A DNA stretch of 64,000 nucleotides from Eledone cirrhosa (Eukaryota). Location: contig OZ024741.1 in the NCBI GenBank assembly GCA_964016885.1, forward strand, positions 47,244,001-47,308,000, written 5' to 3'. Each line of letters opens with the position of its first letter. Positions within the stretch are counted from its first letter, which is position 1. Under the pieces are notes generated by a model. That model saw only the letters and a program-made list of their open reading frames with translations, was not told the origin of the DNA and searched no databases. The position numbers and the translations under genes are program-made. This document shows positions 12,281 through 26,525 of this stretch, piece by piece.

Positions 12281-13574
12281 TCATCATCATCACCGTTTTA
12301 CGTCCGTTCTTCCACGCTAGCATGGGTTAGACGGGTTGTCCTGTTGTGGGCAGTGTCTGGTCGGCTGACCATGCCTTGCTCATACAGGAACTGATCTGGC
12401 TTGATTTCTACAGCTGGATGCCCTTCCTAACACCAACCTCATTTACAGTGAGTGCTGGGTGCTTTTTCGTGGCGCCTACACGTCCACTTTACAGTGTGGG
12501 CTGGGTGCTTTTTTGCCGTGGCACCTCCACGACCACCTTGCGGTGGGGGGAGTGGGGGCATATTGTTTATATGCTTCAGCATGTACCCATGGGAGGTCGG
12601 GTACCCTGTATTACTGCGTGACGCCAGAAGTCACGGTCGTGTGTCATTGACTTTGAGAGGTGTAGTTGGGTAAGGTCGGCTTTTATCACCTCATCCCAAG
12701 TCATCTTGGGTCTCCCCACTCCACGGTTTCCATCAACTTCTAGTGCTCTGCACCTTTTTATGCAGCTGTCATCCTTCATACGCATCACATGTCCATACCA
12801 GCGTAACCGCCTCTCCTGCACGCAGCATTTGATTCCTCTTATGCTCAGTCTCTCTCTCAATTCCTTTATGCTTTGTCGTTCACGTATATTACTGTTACAC
12901 ATCCATCGGAGCATGCAGGCTTCGTTTCTCTCTAATCTACGTAAGTCTTCCACCTTCAGCGCCCAGGTCTCACTACCATGCAACATCGCTGTTCGGATAC
13001 ACGCATCATACAGTCTGCCTTTCATTCTGAGGGAGAAGCCTTTTGCAGCTAGCAGTGGTAGTAGTTCCCTAAACTTCTTCCATCCCGTTCTTACCTTAGT
13101 TATTGTACTTTCTGAGCACCCACCTCCGTTGCTAATTCGGTCACCAAGGTAGCAGAAGCTGTCTACTGTTTCTACAGGGCCCTCCCAGAGATTGGTGGTA
13201 CTTGTTTCCTGTGGCTGTTTGCTTGCTGTTTCAGCACAGCTGCTGCATGTGAATCCTACATTCTTAATTAAGCTTCCTGAGATCCCGCTACATCTCTTGT
13301 GTACCCATTGTTTGCATTTGGGGCAGAGAATGGAGTTCCTACCTACACCTTTCCTACATACTGAGCAAGGCCATTTCCCTGAGGGGATCTGGGTTCTGTT
13401 TTCTCGTCTACTTATAAGGACCTTAGTCTTTGTCATGTTGACTTTGAGGCCCTTTCTCTCTAGTCCCTGCTTCCAGGTTTGGAATTTATTCTCTAGTTCT
13501 ACCATAGATTCAGCTATGAGTGCGAGGTCATCAGCATACAGGAGTTCCCATGGGCATCCGGTCTTAAACTCCTC
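12281..13574 (-). mobile_element. RTE LINE copy C, 5'-truncated, near-identical to copy B
   Basis: 309-aa ORF 12576-13505 is nearly the same as the copy B translation. (CAT)n tail at 12281. Confidence 0.95.
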
Positions 13575-14402
13575 TTATCTCAGTATCTTAAGCAAACATT
13601 TATTTGCTAAAGCTCCCAATAAACCGATTTCTTGTAAATGAAATTGGACTGTACATGTAATTCAAAAGACTAGCCTTGTCACATACTGTATTATACTGAA
13701 TTTCCTTGGGAATTACATTAAGGCTACACATATCTGTGGAATACTCAGCCATTTGCACATTAATTTTACAATCAGGCTGTTCTGTTGATTACACAACTGG
13801 AATATTCATAATTCCCCAAAAAGATGGAAGGGAAAATTTGACTATGAGTTGGATCACAAAAACCAAAACAGATACGGCAAAGCATCTTGTATAACAATAA
13901 CACTAATTGCCAATCCACTGCCCTGGATTAGTCTTCTTCACCCACTTATTCTCCAAATGGTCCAACTGGATCCCCAAACCAGACCGACCAAAATTATGGA
14001 TTTTATCCAACTACCTTCCATAGGGGTCTACCTCTAGGTCTCCTGCCAATTAGATTGACCATAAAACCTATCCAACAATTCTTTCCTTAGATATTGTAAC
14101 TATATGTCCATAGTACCAAAGCTGTCATCTCTCAATATTAAGAAGCAGCAACTCCTTGATCCCCAAACTAAAAACCCTATCAAGAAATATTATTCCAAAA
14201 TCCCTTTAGAGGAACCCCCGTTTCAGCCATTTGTATTCAGTGTCATATTCCTGGGAGGCATGTGATGGGTGCACATCCCGGAACCCCATAAAGGGTCCTG
14301 AAGGGAGCAAGTGTTAACTGGCCTTGGAGTAGTACTAAATTTGACCCTGAAAGGATGGAGGACAAAGCCGAACTCAGCAAGATTTGAACTCAGATGGGAA
14401 AA

Positions 14403-14406
<4 letters not shown>

Positions 14407-14476
<70 letters not shown>

Positions 14477-14646
14477 AAAAAGAGAGAAAGAAAGAGAAAG
14501 AGAGAAAGAGAAAGAGAGAGAAAAAGAGAAAAAGAGAGAAAGAAAGAAAAAGAGAGAGAGGGAAAGAGAAAAAGAGAAAAAGAGAGAAAGAAAGAGAAAA
14601 AGAGAGAGAGAGAGAAAAAGAAAGAAAGAGAAAAAGAGAGAGAGAA

Positions 14647-14695
<49 letters not shown>

Positions 14696-14885
14696 TAGAG
14701 AGAGAAAGAGAAAAAGAGAGAAAGAGAAGAAGAGAGAAAGAGAAAAAGAGAAAGAGAAAAAGAGAGAAAGAAAGAGAAAAAGAGAGAAAGTGAGAGAGAG
14801 AAAGAGAGAGTGAGAGAGAGAGAGAAAGAGAGAGACTGAGAGATAGATAGATAGAGAGAGATAGAGAGAGAAAGATAAAGAGAGT
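14407..14885. repeat. ~480-bp (GA)n/purine-rich tract
   Basis: Almost exclusively A/G on the plus strand. Confidence 0.95.
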
Positions 14886-14960
14886 GAAGAATGGAGCAGT
14901 GAGGAAGGATAAAAAGAAAAGAAAAACCACAAAAAAAGAATGAAATTATTGCCCACTTAC

Positions 14961-15059
14961 TTCAAAACGTTCAAAAACCCTGTTAAAAACTTCCATATAC
15001 TGTTGCAAAATAACATCAGTGCCTTTATCAATATGTTCCTCAGTTAACAAATCACTGCA
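14961..15059 (-). CDS. MIS12: Mis12 coding exon 3 (CSDLLTEEHIDKGTDVILQQYMEVFNRVFERFE)
   Basis: tttacag acceptor and GTAAGT donor. 99 nt, phase 0/0. Aligns with human [29 protein letters not shown]. Confidence 0.88.
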
Positions 15060-16213
15060 CTGTAAATGGAGAGACAAAAAGAGACAATAGAAATAGAATA
15101 GTTCAGTGTTAATATATACTTTGTTAACTTCAACCAGTTTCATACCAAACCACCTTAACCCTTTAGCATTTAAACTGGCTGTATCTGGCCAGAATTCTTA
15201 AAATAAATATCAAAATCTCATATTATATGAGATAATTATGTGAGGTAAAGCCTTTACCACAAAATTACAATAGTAAATATAGACTAATGTAAATGCTAAT
15301 GGGTTAAAACCAACTTTCATTTTACAATACAATGTTGTTTATTTTAATCCTTTAGCATTTACATAACGCAATATTTACTTTTGTATTTTTTTGGTAAAGG
15401 CGTTACCTCAAATAATATCAAATCTACAAGATTTGGATATTTATTTTGAGAACAATACCATAAGCACAGTATAAGCGGCCGGTTACAGCCAGTTTGAACA
15501 GAAAGGTTAAAGAATTCTGGCCAGATTCGGCTGGTTTAAATGCTTAAGGGTTAGAGTGTTTATCATCATTTAATGTCAGCTTTCCCTGCTAGCACAAGTT
15601 GGATGGGTTGTTACAGACTGAGTCAGTACTCAAGCAGAGCTACTAACCACTCAGAGCCTGCAACTCACATTCCTGCACCCTCCCCAATTTGGGGGTAGGC
15701 CAAGGGCCTGCATCTCACATTCCTGCACTCTCCCCAATTTGAGGGTAGGTCTAAGGTCAACATCTTGCTTACAAACGGTCCTGCACTCTACCAAGTGTAT
15801 TTTATTATGACAGTAACACTAATGAGGTTGTCATGTCTTTGACACAACTGGAGAGTCCTGGCCTTTTGTTTAGGCATATCTACAGACGGATGCCCTTCCT
15901 ATCATCAACCACTTTACAGAGTGAAATGAGTGCATTTGTGTAGATCAACACTAGGAAGGCTGTCATGTCTTTGACACAACTGAAGAATCCTCCATTTAAC
16001 TTAAAATCAACCAACTTAACAATGAGAAAGTTAAATCTCTCTAAATTCAAAATTATTAAAATAATTATAGGCAGTGTCTTTCATAAGAAATATAAGGAAA
16101 TGGTTAAGTGGATGGGATGTCTCAACTCAATAATATTAATTTGTAATAGTGTTACAAAGCCACAAATTTAGAATCAATCAACAATGAATTTATTAACGTG
16201 TTAAAAAAAAAAA

Positions 16214-18206
16214 GGGTGGGAGTAGGGAAGGATATACAGCCGCTAAGAGAGACTAGACGTTAGGTGTACTTAGCACGCAGGGAGGCCGAGAGTAGGAGAT
16301 TTGCTAATGTTCTGCGACGGGAATATCAGAGGCGTGCGGTGTTCCACATTGCAAGGCACTGTGTCAATGCAAATCAGGATGTTGTTGGAGATAAATGTGT
16401 CCGGAATGATGCCGGTGTACTTAGTGTCACGAATGATCAGAAAATGGAGGCCTGCAAATGTCATTATGAGAGACTGATGAATGTGGAGAATGAATTGGAG
16501 AGAGAGAAATTACCCTCAGTAGATCCGACAGAGGGACCAGCTATTGAGATTGACGAATATAGGGTCCAAGAGGCGATTAAGGAAATGAAAAATGGTAAGG
16601 CTGCTGGACCATCGGGGATAGTTGCTGAGATGCTGAAGGCATCAGGGGACGTAGGCACTAAACTGGTTGCACGTATCATCAATCAGGCTATATATGGTGG
16701 TGTCATACCCAAAACTGGTGCAGCAGTATTCTTATAAATTGCTACAAAGGTAAAGGGGATGCTCTGGAGAGGAGCAATTATAGGGGTATAAAACTGATGG
16801 ATCAGGTTATGAAAGTGGCAGAAAGGATATTAGCACAACTAATTAGAGAAAAGGTCAAACTAGATGAGATGCAGTTTGGTACAACAGATGCCCTCTTCTT
16901 GGTGAGACAATTACAAGAGAGGTTCTGAGAGAAAAATAAGCCACTATACTTAGCCTTTGTTGACCTAGAGAAGGCCTTTGATAGGGTACCCCGATCTGTC
17001 ATCTAGTGGTCCCTATGGAAACTAGGTGTTGAGGAATGGCTTGTGAGGACAGTGCAAACTTTGTACAGAGGTGCTGTCAGTAAAGTTAAGGTAGGAATGG
17101 AGTTTAGTGAGGAATTCCAGATACAACTAGAAGTACATCAAGGTTCGGTCCTCAGCTCGCTCTTGTTCATTATAGTCCTCCAAGCCATAACAGAGGAGTT
17201 TAAGACTGGTTGTCCATGGGAACTTCTCTATGCTGACAATCTGGTTCTTATAGCAGAATCAGTAGGGGAGCTAGAGAATAAATTCTGGCTATAGAAACAG
17301 CAGTTGGAAGCAAGAGGACTGAGAGTGAACCTAGCTCAGACAAAAATGTTGATGAGTAGAAAAGAGGACAAAACTCTGATTCCGTCAGGGAAATGGCCAT
17401 GTTCGATATGCAGAAAAGGAACTGGCATAAATTCTATAAAATGCACACAATGCAGATCCTGGGTACACAAGAGATGTAGTGGGATAGCAGGCAAACTAAC
17501 AGGTAGGGAGAAATACGTATGCAGTAGATGTACAGGGAAATTAGACAGTAGAAGTCGCATTGATAGACACATTTTTCATATGCAGGCGGGTGCTATAGAA
17601 GTGGTGGATAGCTTCCGGTACCTAGGAGATCAGATTAGCATGGGAGGGGGTTGTTCCGAGGCCATAGTATCTAGAATAAGGACGGGTTGGAAGAAGTTTA
17701 AGGAGCTGCTTCCTCTGCTGATGAAGTGTTTCTCCCTGCGTACGAAAGGGTGCTTATATGATGCCTGTGAGGAGCGCGATGCTGCATGGTAGTGAGACAT
17801 GGGCAGCAACTGCAGAGGATATGCGACGGCTGAAGAGAAATGAGGCAATGGATGTGCAATGTCAATGTGCGTGAACGACCCAGCATGGATGTGTTGAGAG
17901 AGAAACTATGTCTGAGAGGGATAGAATGTAGTGTGCGAGAGAGGAGATTGAGGTGGTATGGACATGTGATGCGCATGGAGGATGACAGATGGGTGAAGAA
18001 GTGCCAGGAAATGCCAGTTGAAGGAAGACGTGGTAGAAGTAGACCACGAAAAACATGGGCGGAGGTGGTGAGAACAGACCTCAGATCGCTGAAGCTCATG
18101 GTGGAGATGACGAAGGACCGTGACAAGTGGAGAGATGCTGTGCTGAATAAGACCCGTCCCACCCCTGCAAGCAAAGAAGAGCGGACGTAAAATGATGATG
18201 ATGATG
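16214..18206 (+). mobile_element. RTE LINE copy D (third subfamily), truncated and frameshifted
   Basis: ORF pieces 16264-16737, 17043-17294, 17304-17792 and 17840-18190 carry RT and PHD motifs. Short 3'UTR and (GAT)n tail. Confidence 0.9.
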
Positions 18207-19784
18207 TTACCATATTTCTAATGAAAGGCAATACCTCTAATTTTCTGTTATTTTTTTAAATAGCCAAGAGTTTGGCAGGATTTAGAACATAACTTGACAA
18301 AGGTGTTTACATAAAATTATGAAAGTCAGCGATGTCCTCATAGCCTTTTTCAGGTCTCCTAGATTAGTCAGATAGAGAAATGTAACCTCAAACAAAAAGT
18401 CTAAATCATTCGAGAGCCAAGTGGTGGTGTTAAACAAGGTGTCAGAATAACCCTTTCATAACTGTATTTCTAATGAAATACATTATTTCAATTAGTTAAT
18501 GAAGAATTTTGAATGATTTACTGAAATTATTAATTATTTCATTACCAAGATGGTAACTTGATTTTATTTAAGAACCTTCCTTACATTATGTTGGAAGATT
18601 TTAATATAAATTAGAAGCCTTTAAAATGAGTGGTTTTATTTCATAGAACCAGTCAGTTTTGGCTAGGTTGGTAACTAAAGGGTTAAGTCTACTAGCCAAG
18701 CAAGTGTGAAAGACAAAATAAACAGGAGAAAGCAATGGTTTAATAGGGAGGAGAGCAGGAGCCAATAGTGGCTTAGACAGGGAGGGGCAGGGAAAGTAAT
18801 GGCTTACATAGAGGTACAGCTGGAGTAAATAGTGATTTACTGATGATGGAGGAGGGCAAATGGAGAATGCAATGTAAAACCAGTAGAAACATTTCAACCC
18901 ACAAAACCTAAAATATTTTAATTTGGTTACATTTGTCAGGCTTTGCTATCTATTCTCCTTCTCTAAATACAATGTGGCATGTGGAATAGAGTACCTTGCC
19001 TTGATGAAACATACCAAAACATGTACAGTGAATTTCAACTAAGCACATTGAAAGGTCGCTCAAATGAGGTTGTAAAGATGCTTGAGTGTAAGGAAGTTGA
19101 TCTTTGTTGTGTTCAAGAGACTAGATGGAGGGGTGGGTCTGCTAGATACGTTGTGGGTAAAAAACGATGCTATAAACTTTTCTGGATGGGAAATGACAAT
19201 GGGTTGGGTGGGGTAGGAATTATGTTAGCAGAAAAATGGGTAGATAAGGTAATTTCCGTAAATAGAGTGAATGACAGAATAATTAAAATAAGACTAGTTC
19301 TAAATAGAACTACTGTGACAATAATATCCACTTATGCACTCCAATCTGGTCTACTTGACGTTATAAAAGACAGGCTCTATGAGTCGCTAATGCTCACTAC
19401 CTCCCAAATAACCGACAGTGACCACATAATTATTGCTGGCAAACTAAATGGTAATGTTGGACAATATTCTGATGGTTATGACAGAATCCATGGAGGTGCC
19501 AAATCCTGAAATTCTGTGACGCTAATAACTTAACTATCTGTAACACAAACTTCAAAAAATGAGACAATCCCTATAGATCAGGGGAACACGCAAGCCAGAT
19601 ATATTATATCCTTACTAGAAGGCGTGACAGAGTGTAAACACTAAGTCCCCCATGAATAATGCACCTCCCAACATAGCCTAATAGTTAGTAACCTCATAGT
19701 CAGGACTAGACATACTCAGCGACAGGGGACTACTTTGAGAAGAATATGGAAGTTGAAGGATCCCACAGCCAGTAACAAATTTAA

Positions 19785-21048
19785 TCCTTTAGCATTCACA
19801 TTAATTTTTAAACGTCATGCTTATCTGTTCGCATTATTTTGAGGGCGGTGGATTGGCAGTATTGGTAGAGGGTCGGACGCCATGCTTTGACGTATAGAGT
19901 TACGGCCCTTGCCATTCCGAGTTCAAATCCCGCCAAGGTTAACTTTGCCTTTCATCCTTACGGGGTCGATAAAATAAAGTACCAGTAATGCACTGGTTAA
20001 ATTGCTGGCCTTGTGCCTAACGTAGGAACAATTATTTTGAGTTAATCATACTCAAGAGGGTTATCAATTTTATTTGTTTGTAATTTTCTATGTGCAGACT
20101 TGAAATTTTGTCAGTAGATGTTTAAATATCAATAATTTACAATTATATAATTTTACCTGATTTTTTTTTATCAAATTTGACTTTTATGGGCAGGTGAAAT
20201 TAATTAATAGGGGCATTTGAAGTATCAACCAGGTGCAAATACTGGTTTAATTTTAAATAACTTGTTTTCAGCATAATACTTGATATATAAGAATCACTAA
20301 ACCTTATATCAGTGTTCCAGTAATTCCAGTCTTGGAAATTGTTTTATACCGAACATAATATTTATGGTAAAAAATGCTTGCATTTCCGCAGCATCTGTCG
20401 GTTGCCAAACAGATCGAGTTTTCCTCGATTTGAAATCTGTTGTCGATTAATCTCTTCTGCCACAACTTCGAAGAAAGTTTGTGATAAAAACAAAAAGAAA
20501 TAATCCAGTGCTTTAGCATTGGGAGCTAACGTGTGTTGTGGACCAGTAATTTGAATAAAATCGGGAACATATATTAGTGTGATATTTTTCAACCACGTTG
20601 CTGTAATATTTTCAATGGCACCCTGGAGTCTCCTTCGTTTTCACTCAAAACAACAATGATTGTCGGACGAAATTTCAGAAATATAAACATCAGATTCATT
20701 TGAAGATAAATCACTAATATTATCTTTTGTTTCTTGTTTATTTTGAATGTCGTTGTGTGTAAAACCTTCAAAGTCGGTATCGCTACTTTCATAAGCCATG
20801 TTGATACAAAAAAAAAAATTTGTTGCACTTTCAAAGTTAAAAAAAAACACGTTTTAAGTTGTTCCACTATATTAAGTGTTAATTTCCGCGGTAAAGGTCT
20901 AATCTCGCAGCAGTCTCAAATTGACGAGATTTTGATGATGGTTTGTTTATTTTTAGAACGATTTTTTAGTGTGGGCGATTTCGGGCAGTTTGAACAAATG
21001 AAGGGGAAATAATTTCGGGCGATTTTGGGCAGTTTGAACACTACAGGG
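19785..21048 (-). mobile_element. Internally deleted piggyBac transposon
   Basis: TTAA at 19781-19784 and 21049-21052. Imperfect 13-bp TIRs (tCCTTTAGCATTC / GAACACTACAGGG). Minus-strand remnants: acidic N-terminus (ESSDTDFEGF) and DYFFLFLSQTFFEVVAEEINR, typical of PGBD transposases. Confidence 0.8.
19844..20030 (+). mobile_element. tRNA-derived SINE with a GCCTTTCATCCTTACGGGGTCGATAAAATAAAGTACC central domain (Meta-domain-like)
   Basis: A/B boxes (TGGCAGTATTGG, GTTCAAATCC) and an 11-bp TSD ATTATTTTGAG. Related copies at 30541-30726(-), 33310-33500(+), 59400-59545(-) and partial 14320-14400(-). Confidence 0.85.
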
Positions 21049-24000
21049 TTAAAAGCATATTGATGCTTTTGACAGTAAAGAGCAATTAGAAACATACAAT
21101 ATAGAGGAACAGTGGGAATTCCTAAAAGTTAACCTGCTGAAGGCGACAGATGAAATCTGTGGGTGGAGCAGACCTATAGGCAGGAGGAGAGTAACTTGGT
21201 GGTGGAACAGTAAGGTGGAGAAAACAATCAAGGCCAAAAAGCAGGCTTGGAAAGTAGGACAGGATTGGGGAAGTAGAGAACACTATCAAGTGGCCAGGAA
21301 AGAAGCTAGGAGACAAGTGTACTTTGCAAGAAGGGAAGCAGAGGATAGAAAGTTCAAACATGTTCTACAACGCAAGGACCAAAAACGTGAGGTGTTCAGG
21401 ATCGCAAAACAATGTGTCAAGGAAAACCGTGATATTGTCGGGGAGAAGTGAGTCCATAATGGTGATGGTGTACTTGCCCTCACTGATACTGGTAAGAAGG
21501 TCGCTTGGAAGTGTGACTACGAGAGACTACTAAATGAGAAGAATAAATGGGAAAAAGATAGTCTGCCCCAATAGAGGGACCAGCAGTGCAAGTTAATGGT
21601 AGTATAATAAATAAGGCAATCAAAGATATGAAGACAGGCAAGGCAGCGGGGCTTTCGGAGATAGTTGCAAGTATCTGGAATGATGGGACATACTATGGTC
21701 ACCCAGATAGTAAACCAAGTCATACAGAACGGGGTCATACCAAATGACTGGCGTAGCATCATCATCATTAACTGCTACAAGGGTAAAGGAGATGCTCTAG
21801 ATAGGGGACACTGTAGAGGCATTAAATTGATTGACCAGGTCATGAAGGTCACAGAAAGAGTTATAGCACAACTAATCAGAGATCGAATTGATCTAGATGA
21901 AATGCAGTTTGGGTTTGTGTCAGGTAAAAGTACCACAGATGCTCTTTTCCTTGTACGACAACTACAGGAGAAGTACCCAGCTAAAAGTAAACCCATCTAT
22001 TTAGCTTTTGTTGACTTGAAGAAAGCCTTTGACAGAGTCCTCCGCTCCATTATCTGGTGGGCCCTTAGAAAAGTAGGAGTAGATGAATGGCTTGTGAGAG
22101 TTATACAAGCCATGTATAAAGAAACAGTCAACAAGATTAGAATTAACATAGTGAAGAATTTAGCGTAAAATTTGGTGTTCATCAAGGCTCTGTCCTTAGC
22201 CCCCTCCTATTTATTATTGCCCTTCAGGCTATAACAAGAGTTTAACACCAGCTGTCCATGGGAACTTCTATATGCAGATGATCTAACTCTCATAGCTGAA
22301 TCTATGGCTGAACTAGAGAAGAAATTCCTAACATGGAAGCATGGCCTGGAATCAAAAAGCCTTAAAGTTAACTTGTCTAAGACTAAAGCTCTAGTATGTA
22401 GAAAGGAAAATAGGGTACAAGTGCCCTCTGGGAAATGGCCATGCTCAGTGTGTAGGAAAAGAGCAGGTAGAAATTCCACTCTATGCCCCAAATGCAAAGT
22501 ATGGGTACATAAAAGATGTAGTGGGATCACAGGCAAGATAACAACGTAGATTTTATATGTGGCTGATGCTCAGGTACAATAAGTAGCAAGTGCCCACAGG
22601 ATACTAGCTCCTACTGCCCAGATGGCTCTATAGAAATAGTGGACACTTTCTGTTACCTGGGTGACAAAATCAGCAGTGGTGGAGGGTGTTCTGAAAGTAT
22701 AGTAGCCAGAGTTAGTACGGGATGGAAAAAGTTCAGAGCTTATACCGCTGTTGGCCACAAAACGTTTCTCTCCAAAAATGAAAGGCAGATTGTATGATGC
22801 TTTTATACAAACAGCAATGTTACATGGCAATGAGACATGGGCATTATGTGCAGAGGACCTGCGCAGACTGGAAAAGAATGAAGCATGCATGCTCCGTTAG
22901 ATGTGTAATAGTAATATACACGAACAGCAAAACCTAAATGAACTAAGTGAGAAATTAGGAATAAGAGGGATCAGATGCTGTTTACTTGAGAGAAAATTAC
23001 GTTGGTATGGTCATGTGATGCGCATGAAAGACGACAGCTGTATAAAAAAGTGCAGGGCAATCAAAATTGATGGAAGTTACGGAGTAGGTAGACCCAGAAA
23101 AACCTGGGACATGATAAATTCCGACCTTGCACACTTACATCTCTCAAAAACAATGTCACTGGATCAAGATCTTTGGCGCCACGCAGTAATACAGAAGACC
23201 CGCCTTCCCCACATGCAAAGTTAACCTACAGTCAGTAGGCCCCTCCAAACCAAATATACACCCCAACCCACTACCCCTACTTCATTCTTCCACTCCCACC
23301 AACACCACCCTTTCTCTATAAAGTTATGTTGGTACCACAACATCCAGTCCAAACTAATGAGGTCATGTAGGTGTCACAACAAAAAAGCACCCAGTCCACG
23401 CTGTAATGTGGTCGTGTAGGTAACATCGTAAAAAGCTCCCAGTCCACACTGTAAATGTGGTTGGTGTTAGGAAGGGCATCCTGCTGTAGAAAACCTGCCA
23501 GATAGTCCTATACGAGCGAGACACGGTCACCCAACCAATCTTGCCTCAAGTGGGACAATTACCGTCTAACCCATGCTAGCGTGGAAGATAGACGTTAAAC
23601 GATGATGATGATATCATTGAACAGTTAATCCTATAGATTATTCACTAAGCTATTGTCTCTACAAATATTGATCTAACAATGTGGTTCTACTATTGCAAGG
23701 CAGCTAGTGTCGATGTTATGAAAAATGCTACCAGTAAACACCGTAAATTGGTTGACATCAAGAAGGGCATTAAGCCAGAGAAACCAAGCCCAAAACAACA
23801 TGAACAAAACATGGTCACCCAACCTATTTGTCTCACGTTACAACTCAGCTAACTCATGCAAACATTGAAAATAGATTATAAATAATATTAGCTTAACTTT
23901 ACATGCATGAATTTCTACCACACACAAACCTACAAAACATACTTCCCTTCTATTTTCCCCACCTATATCTCACTCCACATCCTTACACAGTCTTGCCAGT

Positions 24001-24721
24001 CTCAAAGATTTTGCTGACAGCAGAAGGAATAAAAAGTTTTTAACCAAAAGCCTAACATCAATATGGCATTGGCTACACACATGGTAGCAATAGTAACAGC
24101 AGCAGCAATAACAGAGTACGTGTAGACACCCATAGTGGCTACACACATGCTATCAGCAATAACAACATTAACAGTCGTAACAACAACCAGAGTAGGGCTA
24201 TACACATGCTAGCAGCAGCAACAACAGCAATAATAGTAGCAACAACAGCCAGAGAAGACACCAATTCAATTAACTGCCTTTATTTCTGAATCCAGAGAGT
24301 TACCAATAAAAGTAATCAACTAGAACCAACCAAGAATTAATCACTCCAAGCTGACAGTTTACTAGCAGTCAGTGATGTCTGTTTTGTTACAAACACTCTC
24401 CAAGGCCCCCTTTTCATCAGCGACCCTGGTATGAAAGTTTACAACAGAGTAGACTCCACAAAGAGCTAGGTAGTGATGTTAAACAATGCAACCAGACAAA
24501 AAGAATTAATCACACTTCAAGCTGTACATTAACTTAGTATCTTTTTGTACTAGTCCTGCTGCTCTTTTTCACAAGCATAGCTGTGTGGTTAAAAAGTCCT
24601 CTAGCATAGACCCAAGTTGATTAATACTTAGTGAATAGAATTTGGTAGGCAGAAACAGTGCATAAGTCTGTCCATACTAACGCAATCTCCTCTCCTGCAC
24701 ACTGCATCTTATATATATATA

Positions 24722-25745
24722 TCACCATCATCATTTAACGTCTATCTTCCACGCTAGCATGGGTTTAGGCGGGAATTGACCCACTTGATTGGTCGTCTCG
24801 CTCATATAGGACTGTCTAGCAGGTTTTCTACGGCTGGATGCCCTTCCTAACACCAATGATGTTTACAGTGTGGACTGGGAGGTTTTTACCGTGTTACCTA
24901 CATGGCCACATTACAGCGTGGACTGTGATTTTTTTTTTTGTCGTGACACCTACACGACCTCATTTATTTTGGACTGGATGTTATGGTACCAACATAACTT
25001 TACAGAGAAAGGGGTGGTGTTGGTGGGAGTAGGGGCGGCAGGGGTAGTGGGATGGGGGTGTATATTTGGTTAAGAGGTGCCTATTGACTGTAGGTTTCGC
25101 TTTGTACATAGGCAAGGCAGGTCTTCTATTACTGCGTAGCACCAAAGATCTCGTATTTATATATATCAGATGCAGTGTGCAGGAGACGAGATCGTGTTAG
25201 TATGGACACGTGATGCATATGAAGGATGACAGCTGTACAAAGAGGTGCAGATTGTTCAAAGTTGATGGAAGCTATGGGATAGGAAAACCTAGGAAGATTT
25301 GGGATGAGGTGATAAAAGCTGACCTTGCACAATTAAACCTCTCAGTGGCAATAACACAGGATCGTGATCTCTGGCATTATGCAGTAATACAGAAGAGCTG
25401 CCTCTCCATGTGTACAGGTTGAAGCATACATCTAGTATGTACCACCCTCTCCCCCATCATCCCTTCCATACACCATCATAACACATGACCCCTATATCTA
25501 TCTCTCCAATCTGCACACACCCCAATCCACACTGTAAAGCGGTCATTTTGGTGCCATGACAAAAAACCACCTAGTACACACAGTAAATGTGGTTGGCATT
25601 AGAAAGGGCATCTAGCCATAGAAACTAAGCCAAAATCAGTTCTCTATAAGCAAGAGAGGGTCACCTAACCTAGCTTGTATCACAACAGGACAACTCGTCA
25701 AACCCATGCTAGCATGGAAAATGGACATTAAACAGTGATGATTAT
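24722..25745. mobile_element. RTE 3' fragments back-to-back (24722-25155 minus; 25168-25745 plus)
   Basis: 3'UTR/tail motifs and the YGHVMHMKDDSC...KPRKIWDEVIKADL translation. Confidence 0.8.
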
Positions 25746-26525
25746 ATAGAACATAGGTGCAAGTTCTTCTGGGTAAGGGAAAATGGCAATATGGGTGGGG
25801 TGGGCATACTATTAGCTAAGAAATAGGTAGATAAGATGACTGAGGTAGTCAGAGACATTAAGATTAGTCTAACTTTGTACAATATGATTATGACTTATTG
25901 TATATGCACCACAAGCTAAGGCTTGCTGATGAATGGAAGGACCACTACTATGAAACCCACTTGTAGACTATCCTGGTGACATCACTATCTTGACTAGAGG
26001 TTTTAATGGACATGTTGAACAGCACCAAGGTGGATATCATGATATGCATGGAAGCTATGAAATTGACATGAGAAATTTAGCCGTTACTGCAATTTTGTGA
26101 CACAAATAACTTGACAATTCACAACTGACCAGTTACCTGATCAGTTACCAATGAAGCAACCACACAAGCCAGATTGATTTTATTCTTACAAGAAAACAAA
26201 ATAAACAGATGGTTTCCAGGGAAAGAATGCACCACCCAACAGATTTAGTGACTTAATAGTACAAACTAGACACATATAGAAACCTAAGTCTGAAGAAGAA
26301 AGATATAAAAACTTAAAGAGCCAACAAATAGCCAAAGGTTCACAGACACAGTAGGACAACCTATTGAGGGCCACAGATGAGACCTGTGCCAAGGATGATA
26401 CCAGGAAGGTAGGGCTTTAAGGTAGGATAAGAGACACTAGATGTCAAGTTTAGTTAGCAAGAAAGGAGGAAGAAACTAATGTTATACAATGTTTTATAGA
26501 TGTAACATAAATTATGCTGACTTAC

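Larger units (their letters stand above)
19035..23611 (+). mobile_element. Near full-length decayed RTE LINE (APE endonuclease + RT + PHD), split by a piggyBac derivative
   Basis: APE motifs TLKGRS.EVV, DLCCVQETRW.G and GVGIML in ORF 18979-19509. RT pieces 21215-23224 and (GAT)n tail at ~23600. Confidence 0.88.

Noticed and set aside
14223-14956. ER/K-rich and SL-rich long ORFs
   Set aside because: Translations of the (GA)n tract, which lacks stop codons by composition.
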